The translations under genes and the position numbers were made by a program. This document shows, in pieces, positions 41,624-50,247 of a stretch of DNA of 64,000 nt; position 1 is the stretch's first letter; each line of letters opens with the position of its first letter. Origin of the DNA: Rhizobiaceae bacterium. GTDB taxonomy: Bacteria > Pseudomonadota > Alphaproteobacteria > Rhizobiales > Rhizobiaceae. The stretch lies in NCBI GenBank assembly GCA_049289295.1, contig JBATLL010000070.1, positions 109,204 to 173,203 on the forward strand. Reading direction: 5' to 3'. The notes beneath the pieces were generated by a model that was not told where the DNA came from, did not search any database, and saw only the letters and a list, made by a program, of their open reading frames with translations.

Positions 41624-42099
41624 AGATCACCAGGGATCAGCTGATCGACTTTCTCTATGATGAAGCGCGCATGCTCGACGAAGGCCGCTTTGACGAATGG
41701 CTCGCCTTGTGGATGAAGGATGGGCACTACTGGATGCCGCTCGACTACAAGCAGACCGATCCGCTCAATGTCACCTCACTGATGTATGAGGACCTGTTCA
41801 TGCTGAAGTTGCGCGTCGAGCGTCTCAATGGCGCGCGCACCTTTTCCCAGAAACCCAAAAGCCGGTGTCATCATGTCCTGCAGCGACCATTCGTCGACAG
41901 TATGGACGATGCTGACGGGAGATATGTCACAACCACCTTCATGCACTATGTCGAAACCCGCCTGGACGAGCAGTTTCTTCTGGCGCTAACCGCGCACCAT
42001 GAACTGGCACTTGTGGACGGTGCCCTGCGCATCGCCAACAAGCGGGTCGACATTCTCAACTGCGACGCCGCCTTCCGTAATATCCAGCTTCTGCCATGA
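41620..42099 (+). CDS. Ring-hydroxylating oxygenase beta subunit (NTF2-like)
   Basis: 159 aa. ATGA overlap with the alpha subunit. LYDEARMLDEGRFDEWL-type N-terminus. Confidence 0.88.
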   Translation: MKITRDQLIDFLYDEARMLDEGRFDEWLALWMKDGHYWMPLDYKQTDPLNVTSLMYEDLFMLKLRVERLNGARTFSQKPKSRCHHVLQRPFVDSMDDADGRYVTTTFMHYVETRLDEQFLLALTAHHELALVDGALRIANKRVDILNCDAAFRNIQLLP

Positions 42100-43787
42100 T
42101 CGCTGAAAGTGCCTGGGCGGCAACATCTCCCGGTGAGACGGTGTACGAATTGTTCGCCGGGATTGCGGCGCAATTTCCCTCGAGACCGCTTTTCCATGTC
42201 CTCGCGGAGACGGCAGAAAAATACGGCATTGAACCAGGCGAACGCCCATATGCCGACATACTGGGCCTTGCAGATGATCTTTCTGAAAGACTGAAGGCGG
42301 CAGGGTACTGTGCCGGGCATCGCGTCATGCTCCTGCTTGAGAACCGACCGGAACATTTCGTCTGGCTGCTCGCCCTGAACCGGATCGGCGCTTCGGTCGT
42401 GCCGGTGAACCCGGACCTCAGGCACGCCGAACTCGTCTATATGGCAGGCCATTCCCGCCCAGTGCTGATCGTGTCTGTCACTGCACGCATGAATGATCTG
42501 GAAACCGCCGCGCGCGAGGCGGGCCTGGATGCCGCCTGTATCTCCGCAAGCGCAACGGTCCATGACATGCCATTGCCGGTCCCGGGCAGTTCGGGAACCG
42601 TAGCCTTGCGCAGCGCGGACGGTCTGGCGATCTCCTCAGGCGAAGGGTTGGAAGCAGCACTTCTTTACACTTCTGGCACGACCGGCAGTCCGAAAGGCTG
42701 CATTCTCACCAACAACTATTTCCTGGAAGCAGGGCGCTGGTATGCCGGGACCGGCGGCCTGTGTGCGCTGGAAACCGGCGGTGAACGAATGATCACGCCG
42801 CTTCCCGTTTTCCACATGAATGCGCTGGCCTATTCCTTCATGGCAATGGTCAGCGTCGGCGGATGCCTTGTCTGCCTTGACCGCTTTCACCCGGCTACCT
42901 GGTGGGCAAGTGTTCGCGAAAGCCGCGCCACCTGCCTTCACTATCTGGGTGTCATGCCGACCATGCTGATGGGTGCCGAACCCTCGCCATCAGATCGCAA
43001 TCACAATGTGCGCTTCGGGTTTGGCGCGGGAGTTGATCCGAAACTGCATGCCGCTTTCGAAGTTCGCTTTGGTTTCCCGCTGATTGAAGCCTGGGCCATG
43101 ACGGAAACGGGTGCCGGTGCAGTCATTTGCGCCAATCGCCAGCCGCGCCGCGTTGGCGAAAGTTGTCTGGGCAAGATCGAGGGCGGATTGGAAATTCGCC
43201 TTGTTGATGACAGCGGAAACGACAGCGAACTGGGACCGGGCGAATTGCTGGTGCGGCGCATGGGTGATGATCCGCGCCGCGGTTTCTTTTCCGGATATTA
43301 TGCGAACGAGGAAGCCACTGCCCAGGCCTGGCAAGATGGCTGGTTCCATACGGGCGATATCGTGCGCCGTGAGGCTGACGGTTCGGTGTTCTTCGTCGAC
43401 CGGCGCAAGAACGTCATTCGAAGGTCTGGCGAAAACATCGCCGCGGTCGAGGTGGAATCGGTGCTGATGCGCCATCCAGCCATTGCCGCGGCTGCAGTGA
43501 CAGCGGTGCCGGATGCGGTGCGTGGCGACGAGGTATTCGCCTGCATCTTGGTCCGTCAAACCGCTGATCGCAAGGCCGGCAATGCGTTGGCGCGGGAAGT
43601 CGTTTCATGGTGCCTTGCCCAACTCGCCTATTACAAGGCACCGGGTTACATTGCATTTGTAGACGAACTGCCCTTGACTTCGACCCAGAAAATCCAGCGA
43701 GGCGAGTTGAAGGTTTTGGCCGCGCGACTGGTCGGTGATGCTGCAACTGCGGACACAAGAGCGATGAAAAAGCGGACTGCCGCATGA
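42096..43787 (+). CDS. AMP-forming acyl/aryl-CoA ligase
   Basis: 563 aa. Motif LLYTSGTTGSPKGC and C-terminal YKAPGYIAFVDELPLTSTQKIQR. Confidence 0.9.
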   Translation: MIAESAWAATSPGETVYELFAGIAAQFPSRPLFHVLAETAEKYGIEPGERPYADILGLADDLSERLKAAGYCAGHRVMLLLENRPEHFVWLLALNRIGASVVPVNPDLRHAELVYMAGHSRPVLIVSVTARMNDLETAAREAGLDAACISASATVHDMPLPVPGSSGTVALRSADGLAISSGEGLEAALLYTSGTTGSPKGCILTNNYFLEAGRWYAGTGGLCALETGGERMITPLPVFHMNALAYSFMAMVSVGGCLVCLDRFHPATWWASVRESRATCLHYLGVMPTMLMGAEPSPSDRNHNVRFGFGAGVDPKLHAAFEVRFGFPLIEAWAMTETGAGAVICANRQPRRVGESCLGKIEGGLEIRLVDDSGNDSELGPGELLVRRMGDDPRRGFFSGYYANEEATAQAWQDGWFHTGDIVRREADGSVFFVDRRKNVIRRSGENIAAVEVESVLMRHPAIAAAAVTAVPDAVRGDEVFACILVRQTADRKAGNALAREVVSWCLAQLAYYKAPGYIAFVDELPLTSTQKIQRGELKVLAARLVGDAATADTRAMKKRTAA

Positions 43788-44959
43788 AGAATGGCTCGCG
43801 CCAATCCTATGACGGCGCAGTGGTGACTGCGCCCGTCACGATTCCCTACGTACGCTACAGCCAGGAAACGGCGCATTGGTGGATCGCCCGCGCCTTGCGT
43901 GGCGTCCTGGACAAAGCGGGGCTGAGAACCGGCGAGCTCGATGGTTTTTCCGTGTCCAGCTTCACCCTCTTCCCCGACACACCTGTCGGCCTGACCCAGC
44001 ATCTGGGTTTGAGCCCGCGATGGCTCGACTCAATACCGATGGGTGGCGCCAGTGGCGTCGTGGCCATGCGCCGCGCAGCACGCGCCGTCCAGTCGGGCGA
44101 TGCGAGATACGTTGCCTGCGTGGCGGGTGATGCCAACCACATCGACAGTTTTCGCCGGCTGCTTTCGTCCTTTTCGCGCTTTGCGATGGATGCGTCCTAT
44201 CCTTACGGCTATGGCGGCCCAAATGCGAGTTTCGCATTGATCGCAGATGCCCACATGCAGCAATACGGCACCACGCGGGAAGACTTCGCGCGCGTCGCCG
44301 TGGCCCAGCGCGACAATGCGCTGAGGAACCCAGATGCGATCATGAAGACTGCCCTGACGATGGAACAGTTCATGGCTGCACGTCCAATTGCAGACCCGCT
44401 CTGTCTTTTCGATTGTGTGATGCCTTGTGCTGGCGCGGAAGGTTTCCTCGTCATGCGCGAAGACGAGGCGGTCCGCCGCAATTTGCCCTTTGCCAGGATC
44501 GCTGGAACCATCGAGCGCCACAATGCCTTCCCCGACGATCCGATCCAGTTGCGCGGCGGCTGGGCCATGGATGTGGACGAACTCTATGCCATGGCGCAGG
44601 GCAGTCCCGGTGAAATCGATGTTCTCGAAACCTATGACGATTATCCGGTCATCTCCATGATGCAGATGGAGGACCTCGGATTTTGCGCCAAGGGGGAAAG
44701 CGGCAAGTTCGTTCGCGACCATGATCTCACCATTTCGGGCGATTATCCACACAACACTTCCGGTGGACAATTATCGGCCGGTCAGGCTGGTGCGGCAGGC
44801 GGATACCTGGGGATGGTGGAAGCCATACGCCAGGTGACGGGAGAAGCAGGTCCAACCCAGGTGCCCGATGCCATGACAGCCATGGTCTCGGGCTTTGGCA
44901 TGATCAATTATGACCGGGGCCTGTGTTCAGCAGCGGCAATATTGCGGGGTGCGCGATGA
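43784..44959 (+). CDS. Thiolase-fold protein, SCP-x/Ltp-like, apparently lacking the Cys nucleophile
   Basis: 391 aa. NTSGGQLSAGQAGAAGG C-terminal thiolase-like loop. At the nucleophile position (about residue 88) the sequence is MGGASG rather than C-[AS]-[ST]-G. Confidence 0.8.
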   Translation: MKNGSRQSYDGAVVTAPVTIPYVRYSQETAHWWIARALRGVLDKAGLRTGELDGFSVSSFTLFPDTPVGLTQHLGLSPRWLDSIPMGGASGVVAMRRAARAVQSGDARYVACVAGDANHIDSFRRLLSSFSRFAMDASYPYGYGGPNASFALIADAHMQQYGTTREDFARVAVAQRDNALRNPDAIMKTALTMEQFMAARPIADPLCLFDCVMPCAGAEGFLVMREDEAVRRNLPFARIAGTIERHNAFPDDPIQLRGGWAMDVDELYAMAQGSPGEIDVLETYDDYPVISMMQMEDLGFCAKGESGKFVRDHDLTISGDYPHNTSGGQLSAGQAGAAGGYLGMVEAIRQVTGEAGPTQVPDAMTAMVSGFGMINYDRGLCSAAAILRGAR

Positions 44960-46206
44960 GTGAACCCCTTTCCAGGCCGCCGAAGAAAAACCCGCAACTG
45001 CGCCAGAAGGTTGCAACCCTGCCGCCGCTGGCGCGATCCAGGGCAGCCATGGGGCTCACTGCAGCCGCCGCACGTGGTTCCTTCAGCCTCCAGCATTGCA
45101 GCGAATGCGCCACCGTCCAGTATCCACCGCGTGATGCCTGCAGCGCCTGCCTTTGTGTTGATCTGGAATGGCGAGAGACCGACCGGGGCGGCAGCGTTGT
45201 GGCGCAAACCACGATCCATGCCTCGCCCGATCCCTACTATCGCCAGCGCTTGCCGTGGCGCTCGGGTCTCGTGAAACTGGATGCCGGACCATCGATCTTC
45301 TGCCACCTGCATGGCGATGTGCGGCGCGGTGATCGCATAAGCATGGATATCAAGCTCGACAGGGCGGGGCAGGGCGTGATGATCGCGCTGCCAGCCGGGA
45401 GGATGCCGAACATGGAAGACGATCCGCAATTGCGAACGCTCACCGCAAATCCGCGACACCGGCGCGTGCTGGTCACTGACATTCGCGCGCCCTGGGCAGT
45501 GCCGCTGGTGCATGAGCTCATCAAGGCGGGCGCTTCCCACGTCTTTGTCGGCGAGGCGGAAGGGTGGCGGCGCGCCACACCCCATGAAAGCCTGGCTTCG
45601 CTGGAGCAGGTCTCGATCCTGCAGCTTGATGTGACAGACGCCAACTCGGTGAAGAAGCTGGCGGCAGGCATTGGCGGCAAGACAGACATTCTCATCAACA
45701 CCGCGCGCCATGTTCGCCCCGGTGGGGTAGTGGGTGGAGACACGGTCTTTGCCAGGGACGAGATGGAAGTGAACGCGTTTGGCCTTATGCGCCTTGCGCA
45801 GGCATTCGGACCGGCGATGGCATCGCGCACGGATGACGGCATCAACAGCGCCGCGGCATTTGTGAACATACTCTCGGCAAGCGCAATGTCTGCCGAGCCC
45901 GGTTACGGTGCATTCTCGGCCAGCCAGGCGGCAGCCTATTCGATCAGCCAGACATTGCGCGGCGAATTCCGCGCCTCCGGCCTTCGCGTGATGAACGTGT
46001 TTGTCGGACCGACGGATGATGAATGGCACCAGCAGATGCCGCCGCCGAAGGTCGCGCCGCAGGCACTTGCCAAAGCCGTCGTCGATGGGCTGGTTTGTGG
46101 TCTGGAGGATGTCTATTGCGGGGATTTCGCAAAAGACATCGAGGAACGCTGGCGCAGGGACGCCAAGGTGCTGGAGCGTGAACTGACCGGAGGCGAACAT
46201 GGCTGA
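44956..46206 (+). CDS. DUF35 (Zn-ribbon plus OB-fold) protein fused to a degenerate SDR-like domain
   Basis: CSEC...CSAC four-Cys ribbon followed by an OB-fold (aa 40-150). From aa 170 a Rossmann-like domain begins, with VTDIRAPWAVP in place of TGxxxGxG and FSASQ in place of YxxSK. Confidence 0.8.
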   Translation: MSEPLSRPPKKNPQLRQKVATLPPLARSRAAMGLTAAAARGSFSLQHCSECATVQYPPRDACSACLCVDLEWRETDRGGSVVAQTTIHASPDPYYRQRLPWRSGLVKLDAGPSIFCHLHGDVRRGDRISMDIKLDRAGQGVMIALPAGRMPNMEDDPQLRTLTANPRHRRVLVTDIRAPWAVPLVHELIKAGASHVFVGEAEGWRRATPHESLASLEQVSILQLDVTDANSVKKLAAGIGGKTDILINTARHVRPGGVVGGDTVFARDEMEVNAFGLMRLAQAFGPAMASRTDDGINSAAAFVNILSASAMSAEPGYGAFSASQAAAYSISQTLRGEFRASGLRVMNVFVGPTDDEWHQQMPPPKVAPQALAKAVVDGLVCGLEDVYCGDFAKDIEERWRRDAKVLERELTGGEHG

Positions 46207-46981
46207 AATTCTGGCATGCCTGGCCAGCGCGCTGGCAGGCGGCGATGTCGAGATCATCGATCTCACTCACACGCTTGACCCCGATTTTCCTGTAATTGTT
46301 CTGCCGCCGGAATTTGGCCAGTGCGCGCGTTTCCGCATGGAGGAAGTGTCTGCATATGATCATCGCGGACCGGCCTGGAAATGGCACAATATCTCGATGA
46401 ATGAACATACCGGCACGCATTTCGATGCGCCCGTCCACTGGGTTTCCGGACGCGATGTCGCCAATGGCGCGGTGGATGAAATAGACCCGGCCATGTTCAT
46501 CGGACCGGTCGTGGTCCTCGATTGCTCAAAGGGCGCTTCGTCCGACGACGATTTCGAACTGACGCCAAAGATCATCGCCGACTGGGAAGTGCAGCACGGG
46601 AAAATCCCTGCCGGAAGCTGGGTCCTCATGCGCACCGACTGGTCCAGGCGTACTGGCGCTCAATATCTCAACATGCGTGATGACGGCCCGCATTCTCCAG
46701 GCCCCACCCCAGCGGCAATCGAGTGCCTGCTTGAAAGAAACATTCGTGGTTTCGGAACGGAAACCGTAGGCACCGACGCTGGCCAGGGCATGCACTATTC
46801 GCCGCCCTATCCAGCCCACCATCTGCTGCACGGTGCCGGAAAATACGGCCTGCAATGCCTGAAGAACCTCGATCGCCTGCCGCCGACTGGCGCTATTCTC
46901 GTCGCTCCACCGCTCAAGATCAAAGGGGGGACAGGTAGTCCCTTGCGTGTTCTTGCAATCACGCCAGCAAGAGGGAAATGA
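46199..46981 (+). CDS. Cyclase-family metal hydrolase (kynurenine formamidase / isatin hydrolase fold)
   Basis: 260 aa. Signature HTGTHFDAPVHW. 8-nt overlap with the upstream gene. Confidence 0.85.
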   Translation: MAEILACLASALAGGDVEIIDLTHTLDPDFPVIVLPPEFGQCARFRMEEVSAYDHRGPAWKWHNISMNEHTGTHFDAPVHWVSGRDVANGAVDEIDPAMFIGPVVVLDCSKGASSDDDFELTPKIIADWEVQHGKIPAGSWVLMRTDWSRRTGAQYLNMRDDGPHSPGPTPAAIECLLERNIRGFGTETVGTDAGQGMHYSPPYPAHHLLHGAGKYGLQCLKNLDRLPPTGAILVAPPLKIKGGTGSPLRVLAITPARGK

Positions 46982-47712
46982 GCCGCATGACCAGCCATAC
47001 AGCCCTGATAACCGGAGCCAGCAAGGGTATAGGCGCGGATCTTGCACAAAGGCTGCTCGAACGCGACTACACGGTGATCAACCTGTCCAGAAACGCGGCA
47101 GGATTCAGCCATGACAGGCTGGTCAACGTCACCTGCGATCTGCTTGACCCGCAGGATGTTGCCAGCGCAGCGGCCGCAATAGCAGCAGAACACGAGGTTA
47201 CCCACCTGGTGCACAATGCCGGCCTGGTCTGGCCGAAGCTGATAGAAGATGCCGAGCCACAGGACATTACCGGTCTGGCGCAATTGCATCTTGGTTCGGC
47301 ATTGACCTTGCTGAAGGCAGTCCTGCCGGCAATGAAGCACAGGAAGTTTGGCCGCGTCCTGTTCAACGGATCGCGCGCTGCACTTGGTGTCCCGACCCGG
47401 ACCGCCTATTCCGCGACAAAGGCGGGAATGATGGGTATGGCGCGCACATGGGCCCTGGAACTGGCACCCCATGGCATCACCGTCAACGTCGTAGCACCTG
47501 GCCCGATCCAGACGGACAATTTCTGGGGCATCATCGAAAAGGGCAGCGAAAGGGAAGCAGAACTGGCAAGACGCTTGCCTGTCGGACGCCTGGGAACTGT
47601 TGGCGATGTCACGAATGCATTCCTGTTTTTCTGCGATCCCGCGAGCGGCTTCGTGACCGGCCAGACATTGTATGTCTGCGGTGGTGCCAGCATCGGCGCG
47701 ATGGCGCTCTAG
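46978..47712 (+). CDS. Short-chain dehydrogenase/reductase (canonical)
   Basis: ITGASKGIG cofactor motif and YSATK catalytic motif. ATGA overlap with the upstream gene. Confidence 0.9.
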   Translation: MSRMTSHTALITGASKGIGADLAQRLLERDYTVINLSRNAAGFSHDRLVNVTCDLLDPQDVASAAAAIAAEHEVTHLVHNAGLVWPKLIEDAEPQDITGLAQLHLGSALTLLKAVLPAMKHRKFGRVLFNGSRAALGVPTRTAYSATKAGMMGMARTWALELAPHGITVNVVAPGPIQTDNFWGIIEKGSEREAELARRLPVGRLGTVGDVTNAFLFFCDPASGFVTGQTLYVCGGASIGAMAL

Positions 47713-47861
47713 CAGATTTTTACTGGCCTGCCTTTGCGAAGCCACGCAAAATTCCCGCAGGGTTGATTGCGCCACCCAGGCGGGCAATTGGCACATTTTC
47801 GCTTGCTTATCGAAACTTATCGGGGATGATGGAGCAAGAAGTTAGCCTGGGAAGGGAATGC

Positions 47862-48659
47862 ATGACAGGCAGTGAAGTTGTCGAGGCCAGGCGCAATGGC
47901 GTTTCGACGCTTGATGTAGTCGATCTACACAAGTCCTACGGCGAGCTGGAAGTTCTCAAGGGCGTATCCATGAGTGCGAAGGAAGGCGATGTGGTTTCCA
48001 TCATCGGCTCCAGCGGCTCGGGCAAGAGCACCTTCCTGCGCTGCATCAATCTTCTGGAACAGCCGACAAGGGGCACCATTCGCCTGCAAGGGGAGGATCT
48101 GCGCTTTCGCTCGTCAGCCTCTGGAATGGTCCCCGCAGACAAGAAGCAGGTCCAGCGGTTCCGCGCCCAGCTCGGCATGGTCTTCCAGAGCTTCAATCTG
48201 TGGCAGCACATGACGATCCTCCAGAATGTCATAGAGGGGCCCGTCCATGTGCTTGGCGTACCCAAGGCCGAGGCCGTGGAACGCGCCGAGAAGATACTCG
48301 ACCGCGTCGGCCTGTTGGACAAGCGGGACCAGTTTCCCGCCTTCCTGTCAGGTGGTCAGCAGCAGCGCGCAGCCATTGCACGCGCGCTGGCGATGGAACC
48401 CAAGGTCATGCTTTTCGACGAACCCACCTCTGCACTCGACCCGGAACTGGTCAGTGAGGTGCTCAAGGTCATTCGCACGCTGGCTGAGGAAGGTCGCACG
48501 ATGATCCTCGTCACGCATGAAATGAAATTTGCCCGCGATGTCTCGACGGATGTCATTTTCCTGCATCAGGGCAAGGTTGAGGAACAGGGGCCACCCGCCC
48601 AGGTTTTCAACAACCCGGCAAGCGAACGCTGCCGGGCGTTTGTACAATCCGTACACTGA
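47862..48659 (+). CDS. Polar amino-acid ABC transporter ATP-binding protein
   Basis: Walker A GSSGSGKST, signature LSGGQQQR and Walker B MLFDEPTSALD. The start is taken at MTGSEVV; the upstream part of the ORF-track call overlaps the SDR gene. Confidence 0.9.
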   Translation: MTGSEVVEARRNGVSTLDVVDLHKSYGELEVLKGVSMSAKEGDVVSIIGSSGSGKSTFLRCINLLEQPTRGTIRLQGEDLRFRSSASGMVPADKKQVQRFRAQLGMVFQSFNLWQHMTILQNVIEGPVHVLGVPKAEAVERAEKILDRVGLLDKRDQFPAFLSGGQQQRAAIARALAMEPKVMLFDEPTSALDPELVSEVLKVIRTLAEEGRTMILVTHEMKFARDVSTDVIFLHQGKVEEQGPPAQVFNNPASERCRAFVQSVH

Positions 48660-48679
48660 TAACAAGAGGGAGACAGTTC

Positions 48680-49447
48680 ATGAAGAAACTGACTGTAGTG
48701 CTGGCCGGTGCCGCAATGGCAATGGCCTTTGGCCTTCAGATCGCCGCCGCCGATGTGAAGATCGGCTTTGCTGCGGAAAACTATCCACCATTCACCGACA
48801 AGGGCGCGGATGGAAAATGGGTCGGCTGGGAAGTTGAAATCCAGCAGGCACTTTGCGCCGCCATGGATGAGAAATGCGAGATCGTGGAAGTGGCATGGGA
48901 TGGCATCATTCCCGCACTTCTGGCCAAGAAGATCGACGGCATCGTCGCCTCCATGTCGATCACCGAGGAGCGCATGCAGACGATCAATTTCTCTGACAAG
49001 TATTACAACACGCCTGCCGTGATTGTGGCACCGAAGGATTCAGCAATCAGCGGCGATCCGGCATCGGTCAGCGGAAAGATTCTCGGTGTTCAGGTTTCGA
49101 CAGTCCACCAGAACTATGCCGAAAAGCACTTCGGCGGCGCGACGGTCAAGACCTACAATACCTTCGATGAGCACAACCAGGACCTCGTCGCAGGTCGTGT
49201 TGATGGCGTGGTGGGCGACTCGATCGCTTTTCAGGATTTCCTCAAGAGCGAAGCTGGCGCCTGCTGCGAAGTGAAGGGCGAACTCAATGACGTGGCCGTG
49301 TTCGGTCCTGGCGTAGGCGTCGGACTGCGCAAGGAAGACACCGAATTGCAGGCCAAGATCAACGCGGCGATCAAGAAGATTCGCGAAGATGGCACCTATG
49401 ACGCCATTTCCAAGAAGTACTTCGACTTCAACATCTACGGCGACTGA
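48680..49447 (+). CDS. Polar amino-acid/opine-type ABC substrate-binding protein (family 3)
   Basis: 255 aa. Signal peptide MKKLTVVLAGAAMAMAFGLQIAAA. LAO/octopine-nopaline-binding-like layout. Confidence 0.88.
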   Translation: MKKLTVVLAGAAMAMAFGLQIAAADVKIGFAAENYPPFTDKGADGKWVGWEVEIQQALCAAMDEKCEIVEVAWDGIIPALLAKKIDGIVASMSITEERMQTINFSDKYYNTPAVIVAPKDSAISGDPASVSGKILGVQVSTVHQNYAEKHFGGATVKTYNTFDEHNQDLVAGRVDGVVGDSIAFQDFLKSEAGACCEVKGELNDVAVFGPGVGVGLRKEDTELQAKINAAIKKIREDGTYDAISKKYFDFNIYGD

Positions 49448-49458
49448 TCGTCGGCGGT

Positions 49459-49489
49459 TCCGGCCAGGGGGCATTGTCCTTCCTGGCCG
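49459..49489 (+). other. Intercistronic 9-bp GC stem-loop between the binding-protein and permease genes
   Basis: ccggccagg-N13-cctggccgg is a perfect inverted repeat with no T-tract. It may act as an mRNA-stabilising hairpin. Confidence 0.5.
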
Positions 49490-49529
49490 GTCATCCCCCT
49501 GAATTCATACCCGCCAGGACCGCATCTGG

Positions 49530-50243
49530 ATGGACCGTGCAATAGAACTCCTGTCTTTGACACCGCCTGGCTGGGGCGGCAACCTGCTGCGCGGGTTGGC
49601 GAGCACGATCCAGATCGCTCTGGGTGCCTATGCGCTTGGTTTGATGCTTGGCCTGGCTGGTGCGTTTGGAAAGATCTATGGCGGGCGCGTGCTGCGCACC
49701 GCACTTGAGGTCTATACTACCCTGATACGGGCCATACCCGAGCTCGTGCTGATCCTTTTCCTTTATTATGCCGGAACGGACGCGCTAAACATCCTGCTGG
49801 AAAGCATGGGCTTTGAGCGCATCGACATCAGCGGCCTTTGGGCCGGCATCTATGTGCTGGGCTTTGTCCAGGGGGCCTATTCGACCGAGGTGCTGCGCGG
49901 GGCCATTCTCGCGGTTCCTCCGGGCCAGATCGAAGCGGCGCGCGCCATCGGCATGTCGGGCTTGAAGACCCACTGGCGCATCGTCATTCCAGCAATGTTA
50001 CCCTTCGCACTGCCGGGACTTGCCAATCTGTGGCTGATCGTGACCAAGGATACCGCACTTCTGGCGGTCGTCGGTTTCAGTGAACTGGCCCTTGAGACGA
50101 AGCAGGCTGCCGGTTCAACGCGCGCCTACTTCATGTTCTACATGGCCGCCGGTGCGCTCTACCTGGCACTGAGTCTGTTCTCGACCTTCCTTTTCAACAT
50201 GGTGGAACGTCACTTCCGCCGTGGCCAGCCGGCCCAGGGGTAG
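49530..50243 (+). CDS. Amino-acid ABC transporter permease (HisQ-like)
   Basis: 237 aa and 5 TM. EAA-type loop EAARAIGMSGLKTHWRIVIP. Confidence 0.9.
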   Translation: MDRAIELLSLTPPGWGGNLLRGLASTIQIALGAYALGLMLGLAGAFGKIYGGRVLRTALEVYTTLIRAIPELVLILFLYYAGTDALNILLESMGFERIDISGLWAGIYVLGFVQGAYSTEVLRGAILAVPPGQIEAARAIGMSGLKTHWRIVIPAMLPFALPGLANLWLIVTKDTALLAVVGFSELALETKQAAGSTRAYFMFYMAAGALYLALSLFSTFLFNMVERHFRRGQPAQG

Positions 50244-50247
50244 CGCC

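Noticed and set aside
47448-47861. N-terminal extension of the ABC ATPase ORF, which overlaps the SDR gene by 265 nt.
   Set aside because: The extension has no ABC motifs and overlaps a well-supported gene. The ABC family N-terminus begins near MTGSEVV (47862).
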